Origin: the human T2T-CHM13v2.0 reference genome, Homo sapiens
Assembly (NCBI RefSeq): GCF_009914755.1
Contig: NC_060936.1
Reading direction: 5' to 3' (one strand)
Length of the DNA: 64,000 nt
Shown here: piece by piece, positions 29,876-45,165 of the stretch
Layout: each line of letters opens with the position of its first letter
How positions within the stretch are numbered: position 1 is the first letter of the stretch
Program-made: the position numbers and the translations under genes
Notes under the pieces: model-generated
Databases searched by the model: none
The model's input: the letters and a program-made list of their open reading frames with translations, nothing else
What the model was told of the DNA's origin: nothing

Positions 29876-30573
29876 TGAAACCGCCTTTGCAGAATTATGA
29901 CTGAGACAGCGAAAGAGATCTAGCTTAGCTGACTCCATCTTGGTTCCAACCTCCAAGCTGTCCTCGTTCCTTCCTGGGCACAGGGTGAACTAACTTTGGG
30001 AAGAACATTGTTTATAGTTTACAGTTTAAAACAACGATGATAACAGCTGTTTCTCAAAACAGACCTCTTTCTTCCTTGGGTACTAGACTGCCTTTGTAGA
30101 ACTGAGAAATTAGCCACAAGATTAGAAATTATAATATAGGAGTTATGCAGCTGGAGACTGCAAGATTCTGACTCCCTGAACTGCTCCTAAGATCAGGGCT
30201 TGAGACGTTTTGCAGACCCCGCACTTGATGGACCAGCTGGCACCCCCCCAGGTCGATAAACTGGCTCATCTGATCTTGCGGCCCCCACCCAGAAACTGAC
30301 TCAGTGCAAGAGGATAACTTCAATCTCCCATGATTTCATCTCCTACATAACCCATCAGCACTCCTGGCTCACTAGCTTCCCCCCACCCACCAAGTTGTTC
30401 TTAAAAACTCTGATCCCCGAATGCTCGGGGAGACTGATTTGAGTAATAGTAAAACTCCAGGCTCCCACACAGCTGGTTCTGCATGAATTACTCTTTCTCC
30501 ATTGCAATCCCCTCGCCTTGATAAATAGGCTCTGTCTAGGCAGAGAGCAAGGTGAACCCATTGGGAGGTCACA
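29876..30573 (+). mobile_element. LTR8 solo LTR (ERV1)
   Basis: TGAAACCGCCTTTGCAGAATTATGACTGAGACAG...GGTGAACCCATTGGGAGGTCACA. Confidence 0.85.
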
Positions 30574-31509
30574 CGAGCAGCTCTCTTTATCTTCAGTTGC
30601 TCTCTTTATCCTGGTATTGCTAAGACATTGGCAGTCCGGGGTCTATGGGCCCCTTTTTGGAGAAGATTTGCCTAAAGGTGAGACCAACACAGATTAAAGC
30701 AGAGATAAAAGGCAGAGACAAAGATGTCACAGCCTGAGAGCATTATTTGAGCCAACCTTGGAACACACGGGGATTCTCAGTAGCATGAATCAGCCCATCT
30801 CAATGACCGTTACTTGAAATAAAAAAAAATCCTGACAAATTTTGTATTTGTATTGTTGGTTTTTGGATCTGTGTCCTTTTAAACTGAGAGTTTCTTCTGA
30901 ACGCAACATTTAGCATGGAAACACTAGGCAATATAAGCTTGGCTAAACTTGCTGAATGAACAAATCATACATTTGTGATGCACTCTTTGTTTTTCATGAA
31001 ATCAGCCTTGCTCTTTTTGGATAATTAGGGTCCTGTGAATGTAAGTGAATGGATCTCTAAGTCAGATCTAGCCTTTTTTTTTTTGTTTTTGGAATAACCC
31101 TCCTGGAAAGCAGGAGTGACATCTCACTCCCTTCTGACCTAGATTTCATGAGTCACATGGAGGAAAGCTTCAGTCGCAGGAGAAGACTTGGGATTCTCCA
31201 CCTGGGAAGTGCTCCCTAGGCAATGAAGAAATGCATAGGGCAATTTTGCCCCAAAAATTTATCTTACATATAAATGGCAAGTAGCTTGATTCTGTGCATT
31301 TGTCTTTATAAGATGTCCCTTGATCAATGATCAATATCCACTGTCGTGAGCAACGTAGAGTTTTTGAAACAACTGGGTACATACTTGGGACTGAATCTTG
31401 GATATTGGTGTCAGCTGGTTAACTGTTCTTTTCCAAGGCCTCATATATCAGCAGGATGATGCAGCTGTGCCCACTGAAGAAGCAATTTGGGAAAACAGAC
31501 CTAAGTCAC

Positions 31510-31868
31510 TGTATTAGTCCATTTTCACACTGCTGATAAAGACATACCTGAGACTGGGTAATTTATAAGGAAAAAGAGGTTTAATGAACTCACAGTTCCA
31601 TGTGGCTGGGGAGGCCTCACAATCATGGCCAAAAGCAAAAAGCACTTCTTACATGGTGGGAGCGAGAGAATGAGATCCCAGTGAAAGGGGTTTTCCCTTA
31701 TCAAACCATCAGATCTCCTGAGACTTATTCGCTACCATGAGAACAGTACGGGGAAAACTGCCCCCATGACTCAATTATCTCCCACTGGGTCCCTCCCATA
31801 ACACATGGGATTTATGGGAGCTACAACTGAAGATGAGATTTGGATGGGGACACAGTCAAACCATATCG
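31510..31868 (-). mobile_element. THE1 (MaLR) solo LTR
   Basis: TGTATTAGTCCATTTTCACACTGCTGATAAAGACATACC...CAAACCATATC; TSD GTCAC/CTCAC. Confidence 0.9.
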
Positions 31869-32886
31869 CTCACCCTGTTAAAAAGAAAAACATACTTGTG
31901 TGGTACCGAGAGAATAATTTGTAATTTCTAAACAACATACATCACTCATTATGTTGTGGATATTCTAGATGTTGAAATTACAGTACATAAATGTGATTAT
32001 TTTTCACTACAGTGCATAACCTAGTGACTTAATACTGAAATTATAACTTCCTAGAGGCAACATGAAGTCTGTTGACTTCAGGGCAGCCATTCGGATGAGA
32101 CAGGCAGTCCTTCTGCTCCACAGCATTGGCTGCCATGGCAACTGACCCCTGCTCACCCTCCTGGGCTTAGAGGAGGAAGAATCACACCAGCACCAGGCCC
32201 TCACTTTCATCATGCTATAGGGTTTGACAAGTCGGCTCCATTCCCTTATGTTGCTGTCTTCCAAAAGGAGCCTATGGACCTGTGTGGTGTGGCCATCCAT
32301 TGGCAAATGGGGAAACTGAGGCTTTGAGGAGTATAGCACAGGCACATGGTCACAGAGCTGGGAACAGAAGATGGCAAGGATGTCACTGGATCTTCTCACC
32401 ATACATTTCTTCCTTTCTTCTTGTTACCAGCCCACCCCTCAGTTAACTCCCTCCTTTCTTAATCTACCATGGAGTTGCCACTGGTTGATCAAGGAATCTT
32501 CATGTTGGAAGAAAGGTGTGCAACATTTTCCTCCTAGTTGCATTATTTTTCTTACAAAAATCATTGATGGGTAACAAACCCAACAGGCACATAGGCCTTA
32601 AACAATATGGGGCTGAATCACATCTCAGTGCTTTACCAGAGAATCTTCTGTTTCCCTGATGAACTAAATCTCACAGAGTTCTTTCGGAAAGTTGTTTTAA
32701 GGTTTTTGCCCTGATGTTGAAGAGAAGCATGGTCTGCAGAGGCCGACTGTTGTCAGGGGCTCCGTTGTGCAGATTCTGAAATGAGCTCTACGGAGTAATG
32801 GAAGTGCATCTTGGTCTAAGTAACATAAAGGGAAATTTTTACAGTCTTCTTTGGTGGATATTTTTCATCAAGATTTGAGAGGCAGC

Positions 32887-33160
<274 letters not shown>

Positions 33161-33466
33161 GAGAGGCAGGAACGCAGTGTATGTGTGTTTTTCTAAATTA
33201 AAGTTTTCAACCTCCAATAAAACAATTCAAAGCCAGCAAAGTTTTAAAAGCCGAGAGGCGCTTCTTTGTAAATCATATCAGGTTTACACATAAATTAATA
33301 TTTATTTTGCAAAATAAAAAGAAATCTCGGAAGCTAATATTGAAAAGCAATTTTTGCAGTTCTTGAGGCAGTATTCTATTTATGACAATTCAGTTTATTA
33401 AAAAGATGAGATGCATTTTCATAAATGTGAAACGAAACAAAAAGCAACAACAAGAAGAGGGTAGGC

Positions 33467-33813
<347 letters not shown>

Positions 33814-36519
33814 AAGAAGAGGGTAGGCTTCAGAATGAGAAATTCCTGTACTCACATCTGGCTCTGCCTTTCACCTGAATTTTTTTCTTGAGAAACAACT
33901 TATATACCAAGCCTCGATTTTTATAATGTGAAAATGGGGATGGCAATGCTATGGTGAGTGTGACACAAAAAATATAGAATGCACGAAGGAGGGATTGAGG
34001 CAGATGCTGTAATGAGTTTCAGGTTAGTCAGGATGTTCCAGAGAAACAGAGCCTCTCTTATCCCCCAAATCTGCGTAGGGTTACTTCTGGGATTGTGAAC
34101 AGTTCAGCTCAGCTCAACCAGGCTCCAGGGGGAACCCTCAGTGGGTCCCAAAAGAAAGCTGCATGGAGTGAAAGGATCAAGAAAATGCAGAAAGGAGATG
34201 GGTATAGGATGAGACCCAGGAGGGCCGGCCAAGAGTCCTCCTTGTCCGATTTCTCTATGAGTAAGTCCTCCCCTGCCTCCATAGATTAGGCGCTTCTGGG
34301 CCAATGCCCAGAACAACCTGTCCCAGCTCCCAAAGGGCCTGTGCCGCTGAGGCATGTGTGAGAGAACCTGCTTTAAATTGGTTATGTCAGCAGTTACTGT
34401 GTGAGGGGTCCCAGCTCCCCTGGAAATGGCCAGAAGGGAACTCAGACAGGAGAGTGAACAATCCTGGTGCCCTCCACAGCCAGGCCCTGGGGCCTGTCCA
34501 CTCTCAGCACCTGCGCTGGAAAAGACCGCACCTTCCTTCTCTGCCCGATGCATGCAGGACGTCTGCACCATACCTGATCCGATCAGCTTCTCAGATCAGC
34601 CTCTTTGCAGGGCAGGGAGGCAGGGAGGCAGGGAGGCCAGGTCATCTTCTTGTTCTCTCCAGGCAGGTGGAAACCTTAAGGCCCAGAAGGACCAGAAACG
34701 TGCTTGAAAACACGAACCCTGCATATTCAGTCAAGTTTAGATCATGCAGTAATTTAAGGACCATGTAAAGCCAGTTAATAGCACAAATTCTACCTGGATA
34801 TGGAAAAAAGTATGAAGGTCAAAGAGTTATCAGATTGTCAAAGTCTGGTGTGCATACCACTGGGAGAGGAGAGATGAGTTTAGGGAGCAAGAATAAGCAT
34901 TTGCTTTTTATTTTTCCATCATTTGATTGTGAATATTAAAAAAAGAAGAGTTGAAATAATTGTAGAGTGAACATCCATTTATCTATCACCAGGTGAACAT
35001 CCATACATCTACCACCGAGGCTCTACATCCATGTATCTACCACCAAGTTTCTATGACTGCTTATAGCTTGTTGTATTTGCTTTTAAGTTTTGTTTTTATT
35101 TTAATAGTTAGCTGTATTCTAATTGCATGCTAGGGGCAAGCTGAATTAGCACATCAAATGCATCATTTCATGGATGTTTTGGCTTAGGACAAACCAAGAG
35201 TAAATGTTTAAGTAAAGAAGACAAGTCAATTAAATAAAATCTACTAAATGATAGGGCGGCTAGAACCCACAGAGGGAAAGATGTGAGGGCGGCCCCTGAA
35301 TGACTATAATTAGAGGAATAGAATCTCAGCCAATGAAACCCCTTAAATAAGAACCATTTTGCCAATGGCTGTAGCTCTTGTTGTTGTTTTGTGCCTATAG
35401 TCTATGCAAAGCTAAGGCTGATGATGAGTATGGTAGATTTCAGAAAACATAAACTAGTTTACTTACAAGTACAGGAGGCTTTTCTCAGTAGCGTCTTTCT
35501 TTACCTGAGCAGGTGAACTGCAGGACGTGGCACCTGCGGACACAAAGAAGTGCTCATTTGGAAGCAGAGCACCCAGGAGCCTGCCTGTCCTACTCATGCC
35601 CTTGGGAGGTCCAGGTCTGTCTTCTGAAGGGCAGGAATTTAGCCATCTGTTCTAATGTAAACAGGGAATCCAAGAGCTTGGGTGGAATTGAGTCCAGTGA
35701 CTCTGCAGAGGCAGCTGGACAGGGCTTCAGCTCAGGGGCAGGGGCTGTGCCTTGTTCATGAGGCTGGGAAGGGGCTTCTCAGATCAGCCTCTTTACAGGG
35801 CAGCTGCAAAGTGCTTTCCTCCCCGGCTGCCCCTCATCCCATCAAGGGGAATGGTGCTGACCATTTTTCCTACTCTGTATCATCTCATGGAAACACACAA
35901 ATCGATAGCGTAGCAGTCAGCAAAAGGATCTGTGGAGCGAAGAGCATATTACAGCATGATATCTTCATAACTGAAGGAAACCAGTAAGTGACCAATTATA
36001 TATTAACAGAGGACATCCAAATGCACCACGAATTTTCTCTTGTCAAGATAGATTGCCCGTGATCATGAGGTCACTATCCAACAGCCGCTCATTAAATTCA
36101 TTTGTTTATTGACTGTCCTGTTAGAACCTATTGGGTTCTCATTTGATTTTCCTTAAGCTGCATAGTAAGATAAGTACAAATATACATAAACCTAAAATAG
36201 GGAAAAAAAGACAGGAAAAAGATGAGAAAAAAGTAAACAACTATATAAAATGCCATTACATATTCAATTAGCAACACTTAAGCAACAAAACTCGGGTGGG
36301 TGGCTGGATGAGGTTTAAATTTGTCACTTGATGAATTCTGCAAATCCGGTCATAAGAATCTCCTGCTGCAGCAAATGGGTAACAAAGTTTTTCTGTTGCA
36401 TGTGCGTGCATGTGTTTGTGTGTGTGTATGTCTTTCTCTCTCTTTTCTCTCTTTATGTTTCTCTTGATCTTACTATTCAGCTAGAGAGTCAAGACAGAAA
36501 AAGACAGAAACCATTAAAA

Positions 36520-36930
36520 TGATTGCTGGATGATGTTTAAAAATGAACCGAGACACAATACAAATGTAATGACTGTATTTGAGGAAACAGTGTTTCACAA
36601 GTGGTCTGGAAGCTCCACGAGGAAACACAAAGGTTAGGCTTTTACAGAACAACACAGAGGTAAAGCAAAGACAATATTGGGTTGGTTATAGCTATCCAGT
36701 TGCCTTTAGTTGCTTTATCCCATTGGACAGTTCCTAGTTATCTAAGCTTATTGGCTGCTTCTGATTGAGCTTAATTCTGTTTTTCTTTGGTATAGGGGTT
36801 TAACTTGAGAAATAGCTCAAGTTAAGTTCTACTTATGTTTGCAAATCAAACTCCAAAGCAAAGCTAAGGAGTCTTCTGAGCCCTGACTGGCTTGTCAGGC
36901 CCGGTCTTTGCTTTAATTCGCTTCACCAAT
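36520..36930 (-). mobile_element. Old ERV1 LTR (MER57/MER93-like)
   Basis: Resembles the antisense MER57-group LTR at 17784 (GGTTGGTTATAGC, ATTGGCTGC); boundaries approximate. Confidence 0.4.
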
Positions 36931-37109
36931 GGTACCTTAGGCACTGTCACCCCTTCATGCTAGAGAAGTCAGGGCCGGAGACCCTCCGTGTGGTGTGAAG
37001 GTCAAAGGAAGGGCCTCAGAGGATGGGGGGTGGGAGCACTGTATTGCTGGTGGATTGGAGGAATTTGATTTAAACCCACATCTACCACCCATTTCCCATG
37101 TGACCCTAG

Positions 37110-37409
<300 letters not shown>

Positions 37410-38682
37410 AGTTATTTAGACTTTCTAAGCTCTAGGGGACATAGGAATCGTAACAGATTATCCTTTGAGATGACTCATCTGGGTAACCAATATTTCTCAT
37501 TTAACCTCTATGCAATCATTGTTTTCACTGCCTGGTATCCTTTACCTTACTTTCAGAAAAACACCTCAGTTTCCACTGGGGAATCCCTACCTCCTCCTGA
37601 TCCTGGGAAAGAGCCATGTGACCCAGCCCTAACTCAGCAAAGGGCATGGCTATTACCTTCCATGATGAACCATTCAGGGAGAGGAACATGACCTAATTAG
37701 GCCACTGAGACCCAGTGAGACCTTTTCTTGAACTGCTGGGATTATGAATAAGGGCTGGAGTTTGTTCTGCCTGCCTGTAGCCACATGAATACTGAGACTG
37801 AAGCCAGCAGAGAAAAGGAGGAAGGAAAAGCTGGAAGCAAACGAAGGCCCAATACTAGGGTTTCAGCCTGAATCTGGTCCTACCTAAAACTCACCCTACC
37901 CCTGATTTATCAGCTCACATGTGAGTTATTGTTAAGTTTGAGTTGGATTTCTGTCACTTGCAACCCAAACATTGCTAAATTGTTCTACGCAAAGCAATAT
38001 GCCAGGTGCTGGGGCTACTGTCACGGGCACAGTCCCCATCTTCAAGGACATTACAGTTTCTCAGAGAAGATGGGAAGTAAATAATTAAATATATTATTTT
38101 TCATTGAATTGAAGTTGTGCTTGGCCATAAAGAGGAATTATAAGCCCTGTGATTATGTATAAAACAGAGTCTGTAATGACTTATAGGATGGAGTGAATGG
38201 AAGTTACCAGACTCAGCCCCAACCCAGAATCAGCACTCTGAGAGCTGCAATTGTCATGATGCCCCCACTCCACTAAACCACCTTCCAAGCTTCCAGCACG
38301 GAGGACTGGAGGGAGGATCGGACTGAGCCTTGCAGAAAGAGTTGGCTGTGGATACGTAATGATCAGGAACTGAAAACACATCTGAACGCTCCAGCCCAGA
38401 CATCTTCCTTGAGTTCCAAACTTATCTTTCTAACCACTTACTGATCTTCTATACGGAGCTGTCTAAGAAACATCTCAAATACAACTTGTCCTGAGCTGAA
38501 GCCTTTGCCCTCCATCCCAGCAAATGCATCTGCACTCTGTCCATTGTTTAGGTAAAAAACCATGGACCTCTCCTCTATTCCCTTCTTCTTATATCCCTCA
38601 CACTGATCTATCAGCGTATCCTCTGGTGTCCACCTCCAATGCCAACCAGAACCCGGACACGGCCACTTCTCATCATCTCCAT

Positions 38683-39448
38683 TGAGGACTAAGCTCTGAT
38701 TTTTTTATTTTGCCCAAGTTCCTATCTAAGGCATCTTGAGAGTCATGCCCTACAAACCATAAATTCTCATCAGATGGTTTTTATTTAACACTAAATATCA
38801 TGACTTACTTTCCAACCCAACTCTGGCATAACCTACGAGACTAGGAAGAAAATCAAAATATTTAACCCCAAAATATATTTCCTTGCCATACCTTGAAATT
38901 GCCCTGCAAAGTCTCTTGGGAAAAATCCACATTCTATAGAGAATTCCCTTTCCCTTTTGTTTTCCTTCCTTCCTTTGCAGATCCAGGAGATAATCAAGTA
39001 AGAGCCAGGCACCCTTTTAAGATAAGAAACATTTTACAACCTGCTCTCTCTCTGAAGTCACCTATCTGAGAGCTTCCTCTGCACAATAAAACTGGGCCTC
39101 CCCAATCTTTTATCTTAACCTGAACATTCCTTTCTATCAATCCCAGGTCTTTAGACATACTCAGCCAATTATCAATCAGAAAAAGTTTAAATTTACCTGT
39201 GGCCTGGAAGCCCCCGCTTTGAGTTGCACCCCCCGCCCCACTTTCTGAATGAAACCAATGTATTTCTTAAATGTATTTGATTGATGTCTCATGCCACCTT
39301 AAATATATAAAGCCAAGCTGTGCCCCGACCACCTTGGGTACATGTTCTCAGGACCTCCTGAGAGTTGTGTGAGGGGCATGGTCACTCATATTTGGCTCAG
39401 AATAAATGTCTTAAAATATTTTACAGAGTTTGACTCTTTTTATCAACA
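38683..39448 (+). mobile_element. MER4D/E-type ERV1 solo LTR
   Basis: TGAGGACTAAGCTCTGATTTT...TTTATCAACA; TSD CCAT/CCAC. Confidence 0.85.
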
Positions 39449-39616
39449 CCACGATCCCATTTCAGTCCCCCAGCATGGCTCACCTGGATTATTACACTTG
39501 CAGTGATCTGCTTACCTCAGTGCTCCAGTTTACCTAACTGCTCCCGTCCACTCCTTCCTCTGTTCTCCACACAGTGGCCAGGGGACAACATACCTTCTCA
39601 AATGCATGTTAGAGCT

Positions 39617-41054
39617 CATGTGACCCTAGACAGGCTCCCACGTGACCCTAGACAGCCTCCCACGTGACCCTAGACAGCCTCCCGTGTGACCCTAGACAGC
39701 CTCCCATCTGACCCTAGACAGCCTCCCACATGACCTTAGACAGCCTCCCACCTGACCCTAGACAGCCTCCCATCTGACCCTAGACAGCCTCCCACATGAC
39801 CTTAGCCTCCCATCTGACCCTAGACAGCCTCCCATGTGACCCTAGACAGCCTCCCATCTGTCCCTAGACAGCCTCCCACTTGACCCTAGACAGCCTCCCA
39901 CTTGACCCTAGACAGCCTCCCACGTGACCCTAGACAGCCTCCCATCTGGCCCTGGACAGCCTCCCACGTGACCCTAGACAGCCTCCCATCTGACCCTAGA
40001 CAGCCTCCCATCTGACCCTAGACAGCCTCCCACGTGACCCTAGACAGCCTCCCATCTGACCCTAGACAGCCTCCCACGTGACCCTAGACAGCCTCCCACG
40101 TGACCCTAGACAGCCTCCCATCTGGCCCTGGACAGCCTCCCACATGACCCTAGACAGCCTCCCATCTGACCCTAGACAGCCTCCCATCTGACCCTAGACA
40201 GCCTCCCACGTGACCCTAGACAGCCTCCCATCTGGCCCTGGACAGCCTCCCACATGACCCTAGACAGCCTCCCATCTGACCCTAGACAGCCTCCCATCTG
40301 ACCCTAGACAGCCTCCCACGTGACCCTAGACAGCCTCCCATCTGACCCTAGACAGCCTCCCACGTGACCCTAGACAGCCTCCCATCTGACCCTAGACAGC
40401 CTCCCACGTGACCCTAGACAGCCTCCCACGTGACCCTAGACAGCCTCCCATCTGACCCTAGACAGCCTCCCACGTGACCCTAGACAGCCTCCCATCTGAC
40501 CCTAGACAGCCTCCCACGTGACCCTAGACAGCCTCCCACGTGACCCTAGACAGCCTCCCACGTGACCCTAGACAGTCTCCCATCTGTCCCTAGACAGCCT
40601 CCCACGTGACCCTAGACAGCCTCCCACGTGACCCTAGACAGCCTCCCACGTGACCCTAGACAGTCTCCCACGTGACCCTAGACAGCCTCCCACGTGACCC
40701 TAGACAGCCTCCCACGTGACCCTAGACAGCCTCCCGTGTGACCCTAGACAGCCTCCCACGTGACCCTAGACAGCCTCCCACGTGACCCTAGACAGCCTCC
40801 CACGTGACCCTAGACAGTCTCCCATCTGTCCCTAGACAGCCTCCCACGTGACCCTAGACAGCCTCCCACGTGACCCTAGACAGCCTCCCACGTGACCCTA
40901 GACAGTCTCCCACGTGACCCTAGACAGCCTCCCACGTGACCCTAGACAGCCTCCCACATGACCCTAGACAGCCTCCCACGTGACCCTAGACAGCCTCCCA
41001 TCTGACCCTAGACAGCCTCCCACGTGACCCTAGACAGCCTCCCATGTGACCCTA
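39617..41054. repeat. 22-bp minisatellite (VNTR), consensus CACGTGACCCTAGACAGCCTCC, 65 units plus a partial unit
   Basis: Parsed by hand: first to last E-box spans 1426 bp = 65x22 minus one 4-bp deletion. Confidence 0.98.
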
Positions 41055-42173
41055 TTCTGGTTGGCTCAAAACTCATCAGTGCTGACACTCAGAATATAAA
41101 GCGATTCCCTTAATGTGACCACGAGCCCCCCCTGCATCCTGCCCCTGTTGGTTGCTCTGTACTCACCTTCTTCTGCAGACCCTACTGGCAGCCTTTGAAC
41201 CTGACACACACACCCTTGCTGTTCTGCGTGCAATCCCCTCTGCTTGCAACACTGTTCCGCTTGCAGGCACTTCCTCACATCCTCTCTGCTCACAGGCCAC
41301 CTGGTCACACAGAACTCCCCGCCCTTCCACTCCCAAGGCCACCCTCATTCCTTGCTGTCTCCTTACCCAGCTTTATTCTTCTTAATACTCATCACCACTT
41401 GCCAAACTCTTTATTTGTTTCTTCACTCATTCTTTGTCTGCATTCCTTGGGAGAATCCTAGCTCCTCAAGAGGAGGAACTTCTCTCTGCTGTGTTCACCA
41501 CTGCAGCCTCAGGACCTAGGACAGTGTCTAACACAAAGTAGGTCTCGATAAATTCTTACTGAGTGGGTCGAATCGGGGCTCCTGTGGGCTCAGTGTCTTG
41601 AGCTGGGTCACAAGAGCAAAGGGAGTGAGCCTGGTTCAAAAAAAGAACAGAGTTGTCCTCCTGGTCTGAAGCATCTTTGTACCAGTCTCACTCATCTCAC
41701 CCTTGGACCACATAACAGATGCTGACTGCTCCCTGCATCCACTCTTTTTTTCATTTTCTAATAGAAGCGAATTCATATTCTGTGTTGTCGTGTGTTACTT
41801 ACAAATTACATTGCTACATTTTATAAAGTTTCCAGTGTTTCCCCATATCTTACAAAACTGATTGAGGAAAAAATAAAAACTTAATCTATTTAGACTGACT
41901 ACAGGGATCTTTGATTGCCTAAAACAACAGTATAGCAATTTCTCTATCTGCTCTCGTCTTCCTCCCGTCATACTCATACAGCAACCACAGTGAGCTTTCC
42001 GAAATGCAAATTCAGCCACCTCATCCCCTGCCTGAACCCCTTTGATGGCCTCGCCTTGTTCTCAGAAACACCGAGCAGCCTCAGAACCTTAAATTTTGTG
42101 CCTAAATGAAGCCCAATCTTCTACAACATCCTACAGGGCACCGCGGAGTCCTGAACCTTCATGTCATATCTAC

Positions 42174-43096
<923 letters not shown>

Positions 43097-43488
43097 CCTT
43101 CTGTTACATGTTTTCTCCTCTCCTCCTAGCCTTGTTACCTACCTCTCACCACTCAGACCCCAGTTTAAGCTTCACTTCCTCAGAGACACCTCCTGCCTCC
43201 TTGTATGGATTCAGGTCCCCGGACCTCCAACCATGTCCTCTTCCCTCCTTGCCACGGTCACCATGTCGTGTGTGTGTGCAATTGTTTAGGTCAGTTTCAT
43301 GTCAAACCACTTCCCACTCTCACATCGCCTGGAGCAACTCCTTAGGTGGGAGTCAGTCTGGGATAAGAAATCTCTTGACCTTCTGGATGCTCATGTATTG
43401 TTGTGGGAGGGCTTCTTTCAAGAACATGGTTGAGAAGATTCATTATTCTGTTTTAGTCCATTTTATCTTGATTCCCTGGGAGTGCTTA

Positions 43489-44068
43489 TGAAACGGCTAC
43501 GTTGTCTGGGGTATATGCCCCGGGGTTCATTGTCCTGCACCGAGAAAGAATTCAGGACAAGGACATGTGTGGATGTGTTAAGGAGTGGAAAGTTTAATAG
43601 ACAGAAGAAAGGAGAGAGGAGAGCATCTTCTTGAGAGAGAGAGAGATGTCTGAGAAGTGGGGAGGCAGCCCACCGCAGCAGATTTTCTAGGAAGGCTGGA
43701 GAAGTCGGTGTCTGATTTACACAGGACTCAAGGATTGCTTCGATCAGGTATGACATTTACATAGTGCATGGGGAAGGCTGGTTGCCCCACCCTAATCTTA
43801 TTATGCAAATGGACTTTCTAGTTGATCAGTGCCATCTTGTCTGCTTACTGTACGCATGGCTGACAAAGAGAAGGGACAATGGAGCCGCCATCTTGAACAT
43901 GATTGGCACAAATGCCAATATCTATGTCTGCAGCTCGATTTTACAGGCTGCTGTTTGTTAGAAAGGAAAATAACTTGGGGCTGCTTTTCGTTAAAAAAGA
44001 AAAGCCTTACCGAGGACTCCCATACCCTTACTATCTGCCTAAGTAATTTCTTCTTAACTCCTATATCA
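43489..44068 (-). mobile_element. ERV1 solo LTR (LTR9 group)
   Basis: Reverse strand begins TGATATAGGAGTTAAGAAGAAATTACTTAGGCAGATAG; homologous to the 28107 copy. Confidence 0.82.
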
Positions 44069-44371
44069 TGTAGAGAAATGACTGCAAGTGCAGCTAGAAA
44101 ACCCAGCGTACCTGGAGGTAGGGGAAACTCAAGTGTATAAACCACGCAGCACACAGTCAGTTAGTACATTTTAGCTTTGATTTCTGCTAAGTGAACATTA
44201 TGCTTTTTCTAAAGTACCTTGGGCACCACCCAGAGCCCATCGCTTTCTGGTGGACTTGTGGTTTTAGTCTTGTATAAATTCCCAACGCTCATTTTACTTG
44301 CTATCTCATCCTGAACATTGTGATCATGCATTTGTACAGCACATTGTTGAGTTTGTTTCATCAAAGGGCTA

Positions 44372-44783
<412 letters not shown>

Positions 44784-44865
44784 TTACCTAGAAATGTCAA
44801 TGAGCCCCGACACAAGTATCACCCCAAACTGAGCCATGATCATTATCATTTTTAGAAGTTAACTG

Positions 44866-45165
44866 GGCCAGGTGCGGTGGCTCACGCCTATAATCCCAGC
44901 ACATTGGGAGGCTGAGGCGGGCAGATCACCTGAGGGCAGACGTTCATGACCAGCGTGGCCAACATAGTGAAACGCTGTCTCTACTAAAAATACAAAAATT
45001 GGCCAGGCGTGGTGGCAGGTGCCTGTAATCTCAGCTACTCAGGAGGCTGAGGCAGGAAAATCGCTTGAACCTGGGAGGCGGAGGTATCAGTGAGCCGAGA
45101 TGGCACCACTGGACTCCAGCCTGGGCTACAGAGCAAGACTCTGTCTCAAAAAAAAAAAAAAAAAA
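44866..45165 (+). mobile_element. AluSx
   Basis: Full dimer; TSD AAGTTAACTG. Confidence 0.95.

Larger units (their letters stand above)
38340..41560 (+). mobile_element. L2 remnant hosting the MER4 LTR and the VNTR
   Basis: L2-like pieces on both sides (CTCCAGCCCAGACATCTTCCTTGAGTTCCAAAC; CACCTGGATTATTAC; CCTAGGACAGTGTCTAACACAAAGTAGGTCTCGATAAAT). Confidence 0.6.

Noticed and set aside
39617-41054. CRISPR-like array or coding repeat
   Set aside because: Units are head-to-tail with only 2-3 variable bases and no unique spacers. There are no cas genes, the context is primate, and the 22-bp period puts TAG/TGA stops in all plus-strand frames.
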